Positions 23,526 to 34,810 of a stretch of 64,000 nucleotides of DNA are shown one piece after another. Made by a program: the position numbers and the translations under genes. Origin of the DNA: Dendrobates tinctorius (Eukaryota); NCBI RefSeq assembly GCF_039654945.1, contig NW_027361989.1:2790001-2854000 (forward strand), given 5' to 3'. Within the stretch, counting starts at the first letter, position 1; each line of letters starts with the position of its first letter. The notes beneath the pieces are model-generated. The model saw only the letters and a list, made by a program, of their open reading frames with translations. It made no database searches and had not been told where the DNA came from.

Positions 23526-25428
23526 GTGAGAACGGCTGGCGAGCTGTTAAGCAAGCTACAGCACCTGTCCAGACAAGTACAGGGATTCCCTAGCGAGGAG
23601 ACTTATTTGATTGTTTTCTATGTTGGGACAGCAATTTTTGGGGAGCACTATACTCTGGAGAATGATAGATGGGGCCCACCATACACTGGAACATTCCAAA
23701 GGTGGACATCAGACACTGGAGCAGCATTTACAGGGCCCATTATACACTAGAGCATTAGAAATGGGGCCCATTATGTTTGGAGCATTATTTGGGCCCATAA
23801 GACAGTGGAGCTTCATCCATGGGGACCAACATATACTGTATCATTATGTGGAGCTCATCATATACTGTTTCAAACATTATATGGGACCAATGATTTTGTA
23901 TGGAGAAATAGATGGGCCTCGTCATGAGATGCAAAAAGTGAGGTATTTTTCATTGTACTATACCGCTATTTCTCTGCCGTATCGGAGCATGATGAGTTGT
24001 GGTATGTGTTAAAGGGGCGCTCTTTCGCCCAGGGCACATGAAAACCTGCAGCCAGCCCTCCCCCCCCACAAATTTAGCCAAATAACCCCCATTTTTCAGT
24101 GCGTAACTTGTATTATGAAGTTAATTAAGGTTGACAAGCTTAAGTAAGAAGAATTGATGCTTTTGGCATTCAAATGGGCACTGTAGGTGTGTTTCCTGTC
24201 CTCCTCTCACTGCCGACTTTTATTCCCCATTGACTTACATTGGGTTTCGTGTTTCGGGACGACCCCGACTTTTCCCTATAATCGGACGATCTTGCTCGAC
24301 CCGACTTTTGGAAAAGTCGGGTTTCACGAAACGAAACGCGACCCTAAAAAAGCAAAAGTCGCTCAACTCTAGCCGCCAGTGTCTGGTGCAGCTGTGGAAG
24401 CTGCTGCAGCAGTAGCCGCCAGAGCGAGGTGCCTCACTGAGCGCTGGGTGCCACTGCCAGCTGGAGCTGCCGCAGCAGGAGCCGCCACACCACTCACTGT
24501 CTTGCAGTGAGGAGCCTCACTCAGCGAGCGCCAGCCACTCACTAGGTGTCAGGAGATGTGTCGCTCGTCGCCGGTGTCTGGTCGCCGCCCGGTCCCTCCG
24601 TTTCCAGAGAGAGGCACGCAGCGCGCTTCACAAAGCTGCGTCCTCCGCCCCGTCACTTACTCCCTGCAGCACACGTGACAAGAGGCAGGGGAGGGGTGCT
24701 CTCCACCAATCAAAGGAAGACACTCCTGGGCTGCTGGACTGTGATTGGCTAACAGCATGTGTCTCCTGCCGGCGCCACCGAATCAGATTCAAGGTCGCAT
24801 TCCCCAGCAGCCAGACAGTGTGTAGGCCCTTCTGTCGTGCCAGGGCCCCGTCACTTGCCCGGGTACGCCCGGTGCTGACGCCGGGCCTGATCTCCGCATG
24901 TTATCATTGAACCGTGTGGAATCTCCGCATCCTATTCATAGAACTGGGTTATTTATCTTGTGTAGACTGAGCGTCTCCGTGAGATAAACAGACATGCTGC
25001 GGTCTAGAGAGATGCGCCACATGTGCGCATACGCGGCTCTGCCACCTGCGTGTTTGAACACATAGTGGAGACGGGATATGATAAAATCCCCTCCACTGTG
25101 CCGTAACATCTGGATGTATTGGATGTATGAATGAGGCCTTAGTCAGAGACTGGGAAGTAATAGAAGAATAAAATCCATCTAGTAATCCTCCAATGTCTGC
25201 TGGACATGGGGTGGGGAGAGTTTATTGCTCAGTTAGTACAGACACCTGACTTCTTGCTGTTAACCAGTTACTGCTCTCTGGTCCACCACACTGCAGTGTC
25301 CAAAGAGGAAGACAGTGAGACAGGCAGCGACATCGCATCAGAGAGCTCGTGACCTCAGAAGATCCCCAGATCCTGGTATTGTGACATAATATTAAGAACA
25401 ATATTCATTCATTGATATTGCACTATTA

Positions 25429-25737
25429 GGGCCAGGTTCAGATTGCGTTTTGCAGCCCGTTCAGCGCATAGCTAATAGTTAACGGTATAGCATAACGCGA
25501 TCAATACTATAATGATTCATCTGCACTAGCGGTGACGGAGCCTCAGACGCTGTAGGCCGCGTCCGAGGCTCCGTCACAGAATGACGGCACTTCGTGAGCG
25601 CATGCCGCTTTACGGCATGTGTCGCGATGCGCCACATAATGGGGGTCAATGGCAGCGTTAACTGCTTTACACTGCGCTATACCGTGGTGTAACGCAGTCC
25701 GTCTAACGGACTGCCTAAACGCAATGTGACCCCAGCC
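25429..25737. mobile_element. PIF/Harbinger-like MITE
   Basis: Imperfect TIRs (gggccaggttcagattgcgttt / aaacgcaatgtgacccagcc) flanked by tta and taa. Confidence 0.6.
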
Positions 25738-25744
25738 TAACCCC

Positions 25745-26027
25745 GTAGCACTTTACATACATCATCAACACTGTCCCCATTGGGGCTCACAATCTAAACA
25801 TCCTATTAGTAGGTCTTTTGAGTGTGGTAGGAAACCCACACAAACACTGGGAGAACATAGAAACTCTTTTCAGAGGTCATCCTTGTTGGGATTTGAACCC
25901 CAGACTCCACTGCTACAAAGCTGTTGCGCTGACTACTGAGCCAATATATACAGTACTGAGCCACGGCGCACAGTGCTAACCACTGAGCCACCATGTACAG
26001 TACTAACCACTGAGCCACTGTGCTGCC
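25745..26027 (-). mobile_element. tRNA-derived SINE (V-SINE-like) with L2-like tail
   Basis: Minus strand: A box tggctcagtggttag (reiterated), B box ggttcaaatccc, central gttctcccagtgtttgtgtgggtttcc, tail tagattgtgagcc..tgtaaagtgc resembling the L2 3' UTR at 5769-5885. Confidence 0.7.
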
Positions 26028-26419
26028 ATAATAGCTATGCAAGAATATTTTTGCTGGCAGCATTGTATATCTTCATTTCACCCCTTCAAACTTTTTATAT
26101 GTTTCCAAGACAAACTCCATAAATACCTTTATATGGTCAGTCCTTTTCTCCCATATTCAGAAATCAGCATTTCAATTGATAAATAAATAATGCCTAAAGA
26201 CTATGGTGGATCTTATCCCTCTGTCACTCCAGCTCTATTTCCCACACAGTGCCACCTCCTTCACTGATAGCATCTATGATGTGTTTCCTTCTGGAAAAAA
26301 GAGCTGTAGTCAATCAGTAAGAGGTGGCACCGAGCGGGTACAGAGCTGGAGCAACAGATCTGCTCCCTCATTTGAATATGTATGCAAACCGATTTCAGAT
26401 GAATGGACTGAACATGTAA

Positions 26420-29400
26420 AAATAAACACAGCTAGCAGCGTTTTTTTCCATTGCTGCAAGTACCGCATTTTGCTGGATCGCGGCAAAACCGCAAGTGCCG
26501 CACATGTCCGCAAGTCCCATAGTGAATGAATGAGGCCGAATGCAGCATTGCCATAAGTGATTCGTTACGTGACAGATGCGGAAAAACTGACGGATCTGCC
26601 GCGAATGGCGAAAATCGCTGATGTGAAAGTAGCCTAAGTCATTACCGACAGTGTCTGCATTAGTCATACTCACCAATGGGGGGGCAGCAAGAAAAGTGCC
26701 TAGGGCAGCATAAACTCTAAATACGGCCCTGGGTACCATGTTTATTTATATTAGTCTTTTTGATTGTGTGGTATTGCACCTTGTTCGGCAGCATGATGAT
26801 AAAGCATTGTTTTTTGTCTAGTTTTTTTTTTAAGGGGTTCACTAAAGGGGTTAACTAGTGGGACAGTTTCATAGGGCGGGTCGTTACGGATGTGGCGATA
26901 CTAAATATGTGTATTTTTATTGTTTTTGTTTTTTTATTTACAAGAAAAGAATTTATTAGGGATTTTTTTTATTTATTTAGGATTTTTTTTTATAAATTAC
27001 TTTTACACTTTTTTTTTTTGCATTTTATTATATTGTCCCAATGTGGGACATTACAATAAAGTGTCAGATAGCTGATCTGACACTTTGCAGTGCGCTGTGT
27101 CAGATTAGCGATCTGACAGGCACTGCACAGGCTTTCTTAATGCCTGCTCTCAGCAGGCACTGAGGAAGCTGCCTTCCTGCAGGCCCCCGTGGCCATCTTG
27201 GATCCGGGGGCCTGCTGGGAGGAGACCCTCGAAGCAGCGCGAGCACATCGCGCTGCTCTGAGGGTCTCAGGGAAGCGTGCAGGGAGCCCCCTCCCTGCGC
27301 AATTCTTCCCTAATCCCCTGCTACACCGCGATCATGTTTGATCGCAGTGTGCCAGGGGTTAATGTGCCGGGGGCGGTCCGTGACCACCCCTGACACATAG
27401 TGCCGGGTGTCAGCTGTGATAATCAGCTGACACCCGACCGCGATCAGCGGCGCTCCCCTCCGGGAGGGCCGCTGATCGTGCTGACTTACCATCCCGTCCC
27501 CGGTCATAAGGGCCCGGGTACCGTGGACGGGATGGTACGTCAGATGTCAGAAGGGGTTAAACTTTTCACGAGCATCCATTTGTATGTTTGGTTTTCCTCC
27601 AACACTCATCTGCTTTATATAATTCAGCATCTCACGAACATGTTGCACTTTGCCCTTTATACACACACATGCGTCTTTGGCAGCATATTTTGGACAGGCA
27701 TTTCTTAGGCCAAGTCTCACACGCACATCTATTACACCGATCTTCAAACGGGCATGAAACCCATTCTGGTAATTGATGGTGGCTAAACAACGAATCATTG
27801 TTGGCTGTATCCTGGATCTCATACCTCCCATAGCCACTGCTGTTATTAATCATGTACGTTCCCATGCCTGTCATCACCATGCCCCTTTTCCAGATCACTT
27901 CATCCAACGATTCATCCGCCATATTGTTACTAAAAACATGCACCTTCCCAGCAGCAACTGTGTAGGAAACCACGTTACAGTTTTGCAAGGTGTTCATGAT
28001 GCCCCTAAAAAAAATGTGCACACTATGTTGTTATCTATCCCCAGGGGGAAATGTTTTCCAGGCCATACACTTAGTGTATGGGCATTCCAAGTCTAGGAGA
28101 CCCACTCCTTTAATTTGGGCATAGTTTTAAATCAGGCCTTCCTCCACGTCTCATCATCCGCCACCACTAGATCACCAGCGTTAACGTGTTCCGTGCAGTT
28201 ACAGCCAGTGTCAAATTCCGAACAAGGGTGAGTAGTTTTGCTCGGCATAAAATACTTGTTATGGAAAAGGTGGAGGTGTATCCCCATGGGGGAATTGTTT
28301 GTCAGCCCAATACACTTAGTGTATGGTAATTACAAGTCTAGAAGACCAGCTCCTTTTTAATGGGACATTTTTTGTTAAGAGGCCCTCCTGTTATGAATGG
28401 GTCACCGAGGATGAAAAAATAAACAACAAGCTAAGTCTCAGAAAACCAGAGAAGTTGGTAACTATACAGATTGCAGATCCCTGAACTTAACCGCACAACT
28501 AGCAGCAGTCGTGGAGCGTTCCTACGATGGTCCTAGACGCCTCGTCACAACCAAAGAGCTACATAAGCCTAAAGCAGGAAAAGAGGAAAACTAACTTCCC
28601 CAGAGCAGACCCCAAAGGAAAGACAGCCCTCCACATGTATTGACGGTGAAACAGAAATTACAAACAAAGGCAGGAAAATAGGCTGAGCAAACGATGGGGC
28701 CCGACTAACTAGAAAGGACAGGAAAGACACTGTCTGCAATCTGCCAAAAAAACCTACAAAAATATTGTCCAACACTTCTGATAACAAAATTAACCCTGAA
28801 GTCACTAGACTTCTACACCTATATCAGCACTCTGAAATATTCTGAGACAGAGCAAAAAGAGGCCAATCTAATAAGGGACAAAAAGCAGCTTATCAAATAT
28901 TGATACATAGGAGTGGAAATTCAGCGTAGCCCAGCAGGGGCAGGCTGACCACACAAGAAACTGAACTGAAGAACAAGCGCAAGTGTGAACAATAGCAAAA
29001 AACAAACTTAACTTGAGAAGACTGGAAGAGAGCTGAAGTCCAGGACCTGAGAAGCAGACTGAATCACCAGCACTAGGATAGGGCGTCGGCTGTCTTATAT
29101 CCAGTCTGATACTCCAGAGATCCAATTGTTATCTTCTTTATCAGGTGGCAGATCACTACCACTTAAACCAACCGCACTACCTCCTGTCACCACCAGAGGG
29201 AGAACGGGAGGGGTGGAGCCGAAAATGAGTTCATAAAACCCTCCTACGTTTTTTCCAAGGGGGGATTGGGCTTATTGCGGTGCATATGACTTGGTAGCAG
29301 GGCAGGCCTTGCAGTCAATGCATAAGAAAACAGAAGGGCAGTACAAAATGAATGTGAAGTGGATTTTCCTGTTCCCTTCCAGTATGTGGGTTCAAAGGCT

Positions 29401-30230
29401 TATTGGGGTGCATATGACTTGGCAGCAGGGCAGGCCTTGCAGTCAATGCAACATTTTTTGTGGAAGCCCTCCTGGACATCTCGTGAAAAGGGTATTGGGG
29501 TGCGTTGTAATTCTTTTCAGCCCATCCACTCATTGCATAGGCTATAGCAGTTTAGGAGACCCACTGTTTAATAATGGCCCTTTAAGAAGATGAATGCCGC
29601 CTGATGTCCCGGTACAGATAGGCTCCATGACTTTGAGTCCCTCATTCATACATGACACAAGATATGTCTGCTTATGTGTCACACACCACAAAGCAGCTAG
29701 GGTTGGTAAATGTTACATTGACATTTCCCAGTGAATGCATTTGTATTGGTTTAAAGCAATGTTAAAGTTGAAAAACGCTTCAAAAGCGCTGTATCTGCAC
29801 ATTGTTCCTCCACTACTTGGGCTATTTGGTCTGGGGTTAATTATTTTGCCTTATATACAAGTCATTAACCTGGAAAGGATGTACCGTAACATATTTCCCA
29901 GCAAAATCCGTTTTGGTTTCGTTTTGGTATGTTTTTTGGTGCATCGGTAAAAATGTCATGAAACTCTGACATTGTTTAAAGCTGTGACCTAGGAGTCAGG
30001 AATGCTTCCAGGGGCGATCCCCATGATGGTCCTGTGCCATTTGAGCAGTGTTTCCATCATTTCCCGATGTTTTTAGACCTTAAAAGGACCCCCGGGGGGA
30101 TCATGGTAAAAATGCTCGGGTCTCCCATAGACTTACATTGGGCTCGTTGTTCTGTCCGAGTACCCGAGTATTCCAATTTGCTTGACCTAAGCACTGAGCA
30201 CTTGAGCATTTTAGTGCTCGCTCATCACTA
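26420..30230 (-). repeat. Right arm of the inverted duplication, ending in an hAT-type terminus (tagtgatgagcga on the minus strand)
   Basis: Reverse complement of 7342-10445 plus ~38 bp of extra terminal sequence; interrupted by a solo LTR at 28389-29238. Confidence 0.92.
28389..29238. mobile_element. Solo LTR (850 bp)
   Basis: tgttatgaa...ttcataaaa termini; ccctcc duplicated at 28383-28388 and 29239-29244; absent from the left arm; similar to 57708-58538. Confidence 0.85.
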
Positions 30231-30754
30231 ATTGTAACCAGAACCTTTGAAATTTCGGGATATTACAGACCCACTTTTTAGTTTGACATGTTAAATCTAC
30301 CGATCTCAAAGAACAACTGCCCATAATAATATATGTTATTCACCATAAATACTGGACGTGAGGCACCATGTATCTTATCAATGGTATCTAGTGGAGCAGA
30401 AGCTATCCTCCAGGAACACAGATATAGTATATCATTAATCTGCAGATAGCTTATCACTATAGTCGGATGGTAGATATATATCTAGATGGGAAAAGATGAC
30501 TAGGGGGAAAGGGTGAGGATGGAAGTAAGATGGGGAATTGTGGCCGGGGAGAGAGCACAGTAGGTGCTCATCCGCGCCGATTCTACCGGCAAGAATCTTC
30601 TTATGGGAGAGAAAGAAGGGGGAACAAAAATATATTTGATCATATATATTATATTTATACCTAATTTATAACCCACTTGTTGATTGCCTCTCTTAGGCCA
30701 GACACATCACATAATCACAGGGAGTGAGTGTGAGGACAAAATAGTATTGTGACC

Positions 30755-31040
30755 CGGTCACTGCTTCACACAGAGTCTTCATTGCTAGTGCATAAATCCA
30801 GAAGCAGGAGAACGTGGCGAGCCCCACAATGTCCACATACCAAAGAGGCACACACAGACAGGACAGATCTATAGGGAGGATTCCATTACCCAGAGGCGCT
30901 CTTTTAAGCACGTTTCGCTTGTAATGCTTCCTCAGAAAGGGGTTTCTACAAGAGAAACGCGGGTAATGTGCAGTTTGCCCCGTTCTGCTGCTTCTGGATT
31001 TATGCACCAGCAATGAAGACTCCATGTGAAGCCGTGACCG
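30755..31040. repeat. ~290-bp imperfect palindrome with a hammerhead-like core (second copy at 49478-49762)
   Basis: cggtcactgcttcaca..gtcttcattgctagtgcataaatccagaagcag pairs with ctgcttctggatttatgcaccagcaatgaagac..tgtgaagccgtgaccg; inner arms gtttcgcttgta / tacaag(a/c)gaaac. Confidence 0.85.
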
Positions 31041-34000
31041 TGTCATGCCCATAATGCCACACATGCCCTATGGAATCGGCTTTATAACAGTCATTGTTTG
31101 TACTATTTTATGAGTGTTTCCATGAGCACTGTCACTTTATGAGTCTACAATGTAATATTTATTCCTGTGTGGATTGTAAACCTGTTCTATATATTCTTTG
31201 TATCTGGGTTTATTGTGAATTGCTATTGACCATTCGGCGGAGACCTTACACCTGAGATATGTAATGATATAGGGTGATAAGCGATATAATTGTTATACTT
31301 CTTCCATATGGACTTTCCACTTACAATTATATATATATGTAAAGGATTTTTCTAAACTATACTCTGGGACAGATTAGATACGTTTTATATACATACCTGA
31401 TGATTTTTCTCTGCATAATCTCTTCTTTTTACATTTTTTACGTGTTTTGTTGAAATACAGATATATTTCATACTGAAATGTTGTTTATGGGAGTAACGTT
31501 TGTAGGCTGTGTTGTTGACTTCTACTTCTGAATATGTGGAGGACCTCATTTGGGCTTTTTATCTATATATGGTTAGACAAACGAACTACGAAGAGCGGCA
31601 AAAGGTGTATACATGATAACCTCATACTGCAGGGAGAGACATGTATTCTAGAATACTAAAGAAAGTGATAATACAAAATGACAATATTTAGGAGTATTTC
31701 ACCAAACTCCATTACAATCCATAAATCCCCATGTCCCTTTTATCTATTGTCATTACTCACATAACTCTTCACATATTGACAACTGTATTGTCCTCATCAC
31801 AGACACTGCTTACTACCATATGACACCATTACTTACTCTCACAATGCCCTGCAGCTACTCCTATTAACCCTTGTGTATGCCAACCATACCTGCTAATGGC
31901 TCTGATGTCATTTTATGTCTCCATTCTGGCTAGAGCTCCCATAAAGTCATCTCATTAGCTGCAAAGTTAGTTAGCGAAAGTTTTTCCAAGATGGGAGCTC
32001 AGTCTGACATGGCTGTTCAATATATTTAGTACTGATCATTCTCGTACAATGAGTGCTTTTATTTTAACATGGCCAAACATGAGAAATGACAAGGGGTTGT
32101 CCTAGTAGTGGTCAACACCTTTAAGAACATACAATTTTGAGTTAAAATATTTCCAACATTTTGAACATGAAAAAAGCTTCTCCCCGTATGACTTCCCTGA
32201 TGTTTATTAAGAGTTGATTTTGGTAGAAAACATTTCCCACAATAAGAATATGATACAGGATTCTCCCCTGTGTGAGTTTTTTGGTGACTAATAAGAGATG
32301 ATTTCTTCACAAAACATTTCCCACATTCTGAACAGTTAAAAAGCTTCTCCCCTATGTGAGTTCTTTGGTGCTTAAACAAATATGATTTACAGTTAAAACA
32401 TTTCCCACATTCTGAGCAGGAAAATGGCTTCTCCCCTGTGTGAGTTCTATGGTGATGAACCAAATCTGATTTCCAGTTAAAACATTTCCCACATTCTGAA
32501 CAAGAAAATGGCTTCTCCCCTGTGTGAGTTCTATGGTGATTAACCAAATCTGATTTCTGGTTAAAACATTTCCCACATTCTGAACAGGTAAAAAGCTTCT
32601 CCCCTGTGTGAGTTCTCTGGTGATTAACAAGATGACATTTCTGGTTAAAGCATTTCCCACATTCTGAACAGGGATAAGGCTTCTCCCCTGTGTGAGTTCT
32701 TTTGTGGGTAACAAATTGTGATATCTGTGCAAAACATTTCCCACATTCTGAACAGGGAAATGGCTTCTCCCCTGTGTGAGTTCTCTGGTGCTTAAGACAG
32801 TCTGATTTATTGCTAAAATATTTCCCACATTCTGAACATGAAAAAGGCTTCTCCCCTGTGTGCGTTCTCTGGTGGGAAACAAAATGTGATTTCCGTGCAA
32901 AATATTTCCCACATTCTGAACATGAAAATGACTTCTTTGCTTTAGAAGCAAGTTGTTTTTTAATGCCTCTTTTGTGACTTTGATTTTCCTTTTTAATCGG
33001 TAATGAATCAGAAGATGGGACCTGTTTCATAGGATCAGATGACAGATCTTTGCTGTGAATGGATGATGATATATCTGGAGTAATAGCAATCACTTCAGTT
33101 GTATTTTGTAGCATCTCAAGATCATCAGATTTAAAAACTGAAGACGTCAGCTGTCCCTCTGATCTCCTGGTACAGTCATCTGCTAAGATAAAAGAAAATT
33201 TTAATAAAATATCCTTAAGTTTTATATTTTTGAACATTTCTACTTAAACTGTCCATAAAAATGGCAAGCTATGTTAAAAACTTAAATTATTTACCAAGAC
33301 AATGACAGTTCACAGTCTAATAGAAAACCTTGTTGGATGAACCAGTAGTGTGAGGTGTTCAACTGTTTGTTCATTCTGCCTCCCAAATATCGAATAAAAA
33401 GAAACTAATCAATGTTCTATAGGCAAAAAAAATACCAATTCCCATCTCACCAAAACAAGTCCCCACTCAGGTCCATCATCTGTCAATGGAAAAACAGAGG
33501 TTCCCACACTATTAGTGGCTCAAAGGCTGTTGAAAAGCAACAAGGTTTCTATAAACCAATCCAGCAAAATCCGCTCTCACTTCGGAGTCTTGCAGTGTGC
33601 GCAAACAACATTCAGGATCCCTGTATTTAGCAATATTATAGTGAGAAGAACCCACTTAATTTGCGGTGTGTGTCTCCTGGAGCACAATCTGGGCACTATG
33701 TGCTGGGTAATAAAATGGCAAATGTGTAATTTTCACTCTCCAACATCCACTGCATGTTAATTCCCAGAAAGTGGCTGTGGAGTCAAAATATTCACTCCTC
33801 CTAAGGATTATAACCCTCAGTGAATTAATAACATGGAATCACTTTATGGGGATTTCGACTATTCTGGTTTTCTGTCATTTAGTTATATTAGGGCTTCTGC
33901 ATATGGTGTGTCCAATCTCATCTGGGATCTGTTCCTGCTGTCCAGCTGGAGTAATCTGCTCCCTACTTCAGCCAATTGGAAAGTACCACACCCTACTAAA

Positions 34001-34810
34001 GCGCAAAGCACATGGCCGGAATCTGCCAGATACAGCGTTGTTCTCCTCTGGTTCAGTCCTCTGTGCTCAGCTTGTGGCTTGTGTATTTGTTTCCTGCTGT
34101 GACCGTGGCCCGTTTACTGACTACTCTTGTGTCTTCTGATTCTGTTCTTCTGGTTCTGACCCAGCTACCTGACTATTCTTCTTGCCATCTAACACCACAG
34201 AGTAGCAGGTAACACCATGGTCCAAGCCTAGGGGTCCCTGTGTAAGTCCAGATTCCATGTGAGGTTGTTAAAGGGCGATGAGCAAGGCAATCCTTGGGAT
34301 ATGGAAAGCAGAGAAGATAGAGCCAAGCATGTTCATGGTGGACATCTTTTGAGCTGCCAGGTGACCATGAACAGTGCTCCCAATACATTGTGTCTGCAAA
34401 CTATTCCAGCTAGATCTGCATTCATATAGCTAAATGGCGCTCCTTCCTTTCTGAACTCTGCCATGTGCCCAGACAGTAGAGTACAATCGTATGTAGGGTA
34501 TAGTGCGAAGCTGGAAAATAATTTGTAAGATCCATTTGTTTTCTATTATCCTTTGTGCAGAATTCCAAAGTTACCATCAAATAAAGTGACACACGTCAGA
34601 TATTAATAATGGGGCCTGATTAGGAACTACTGAAATGATCAAACTCCAGTCTCCATCAGTAATAAATGAGTAACTAGTGGTGAAACCTCTCTGGTGTAAT
34701 TAGCATGTGGGTCTCGGAGACTTCACAATCTATACTATCCTAAGCTCCAATATTTTCTGTAAGATGAGTTTTAAGAAGAAATATTAGGCATTTAAAGAGA
34801 ACTGTGTATA

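Larger units (their letters stand above)
13013..24371 (+). mobile_element. Autonomous-looking hAT (Ac-like) DNA transposon, 11,359 bp, carrying two internal satellite arrays
   Basis: Perfect 13-bp TIR tagagttgagcga / tcgctcaactcta; perfect 8-bp TSD gccgccag at 13005-13012 and 24372-24379; intact transposase ORF inside. Confidence 0.97.
12658..24889. mobile_element. Probable non-autonomous CAG..CTG (hAT-like) element hosting the autonomous hAT, itself apparently inside a MITE starting near 12567
   Basis: Left cagcaccggctccagg..gggccccgggcaa, right gggccccg..ttgcccggg..ccggtgctgacgccgggcctg; GC-rich gccgcc/ggagc sequence continues on both sides of the hAT TSD. No clean TSD for this outer element. 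Confidence 0.45.

Noticed and set aside
12650-24885. 8-bp TSD for the outer host element (acgccaca / acgccggg)
   Set aside because: Only 5 of 8 bases match and the right terminus is ambiguous.
25900-26027. tRNA gene
   Set aside because: A and B boxes are present but no cloverleaf; a SINE body and tail follow.
32352-32951. Alternative-frame ORFs (QNVGNVL repeats), also near 51847-53039
   Set aside because: Shadow frames of the C2H2 finger repeats.
33180-33237. Start of the 392-aa ORF as the true ZNF start
   Set aside because: It lies in the intron's pyrimidine tract and acceptor; the finger exon begins at about 33179 and is spliced to upstream exons.
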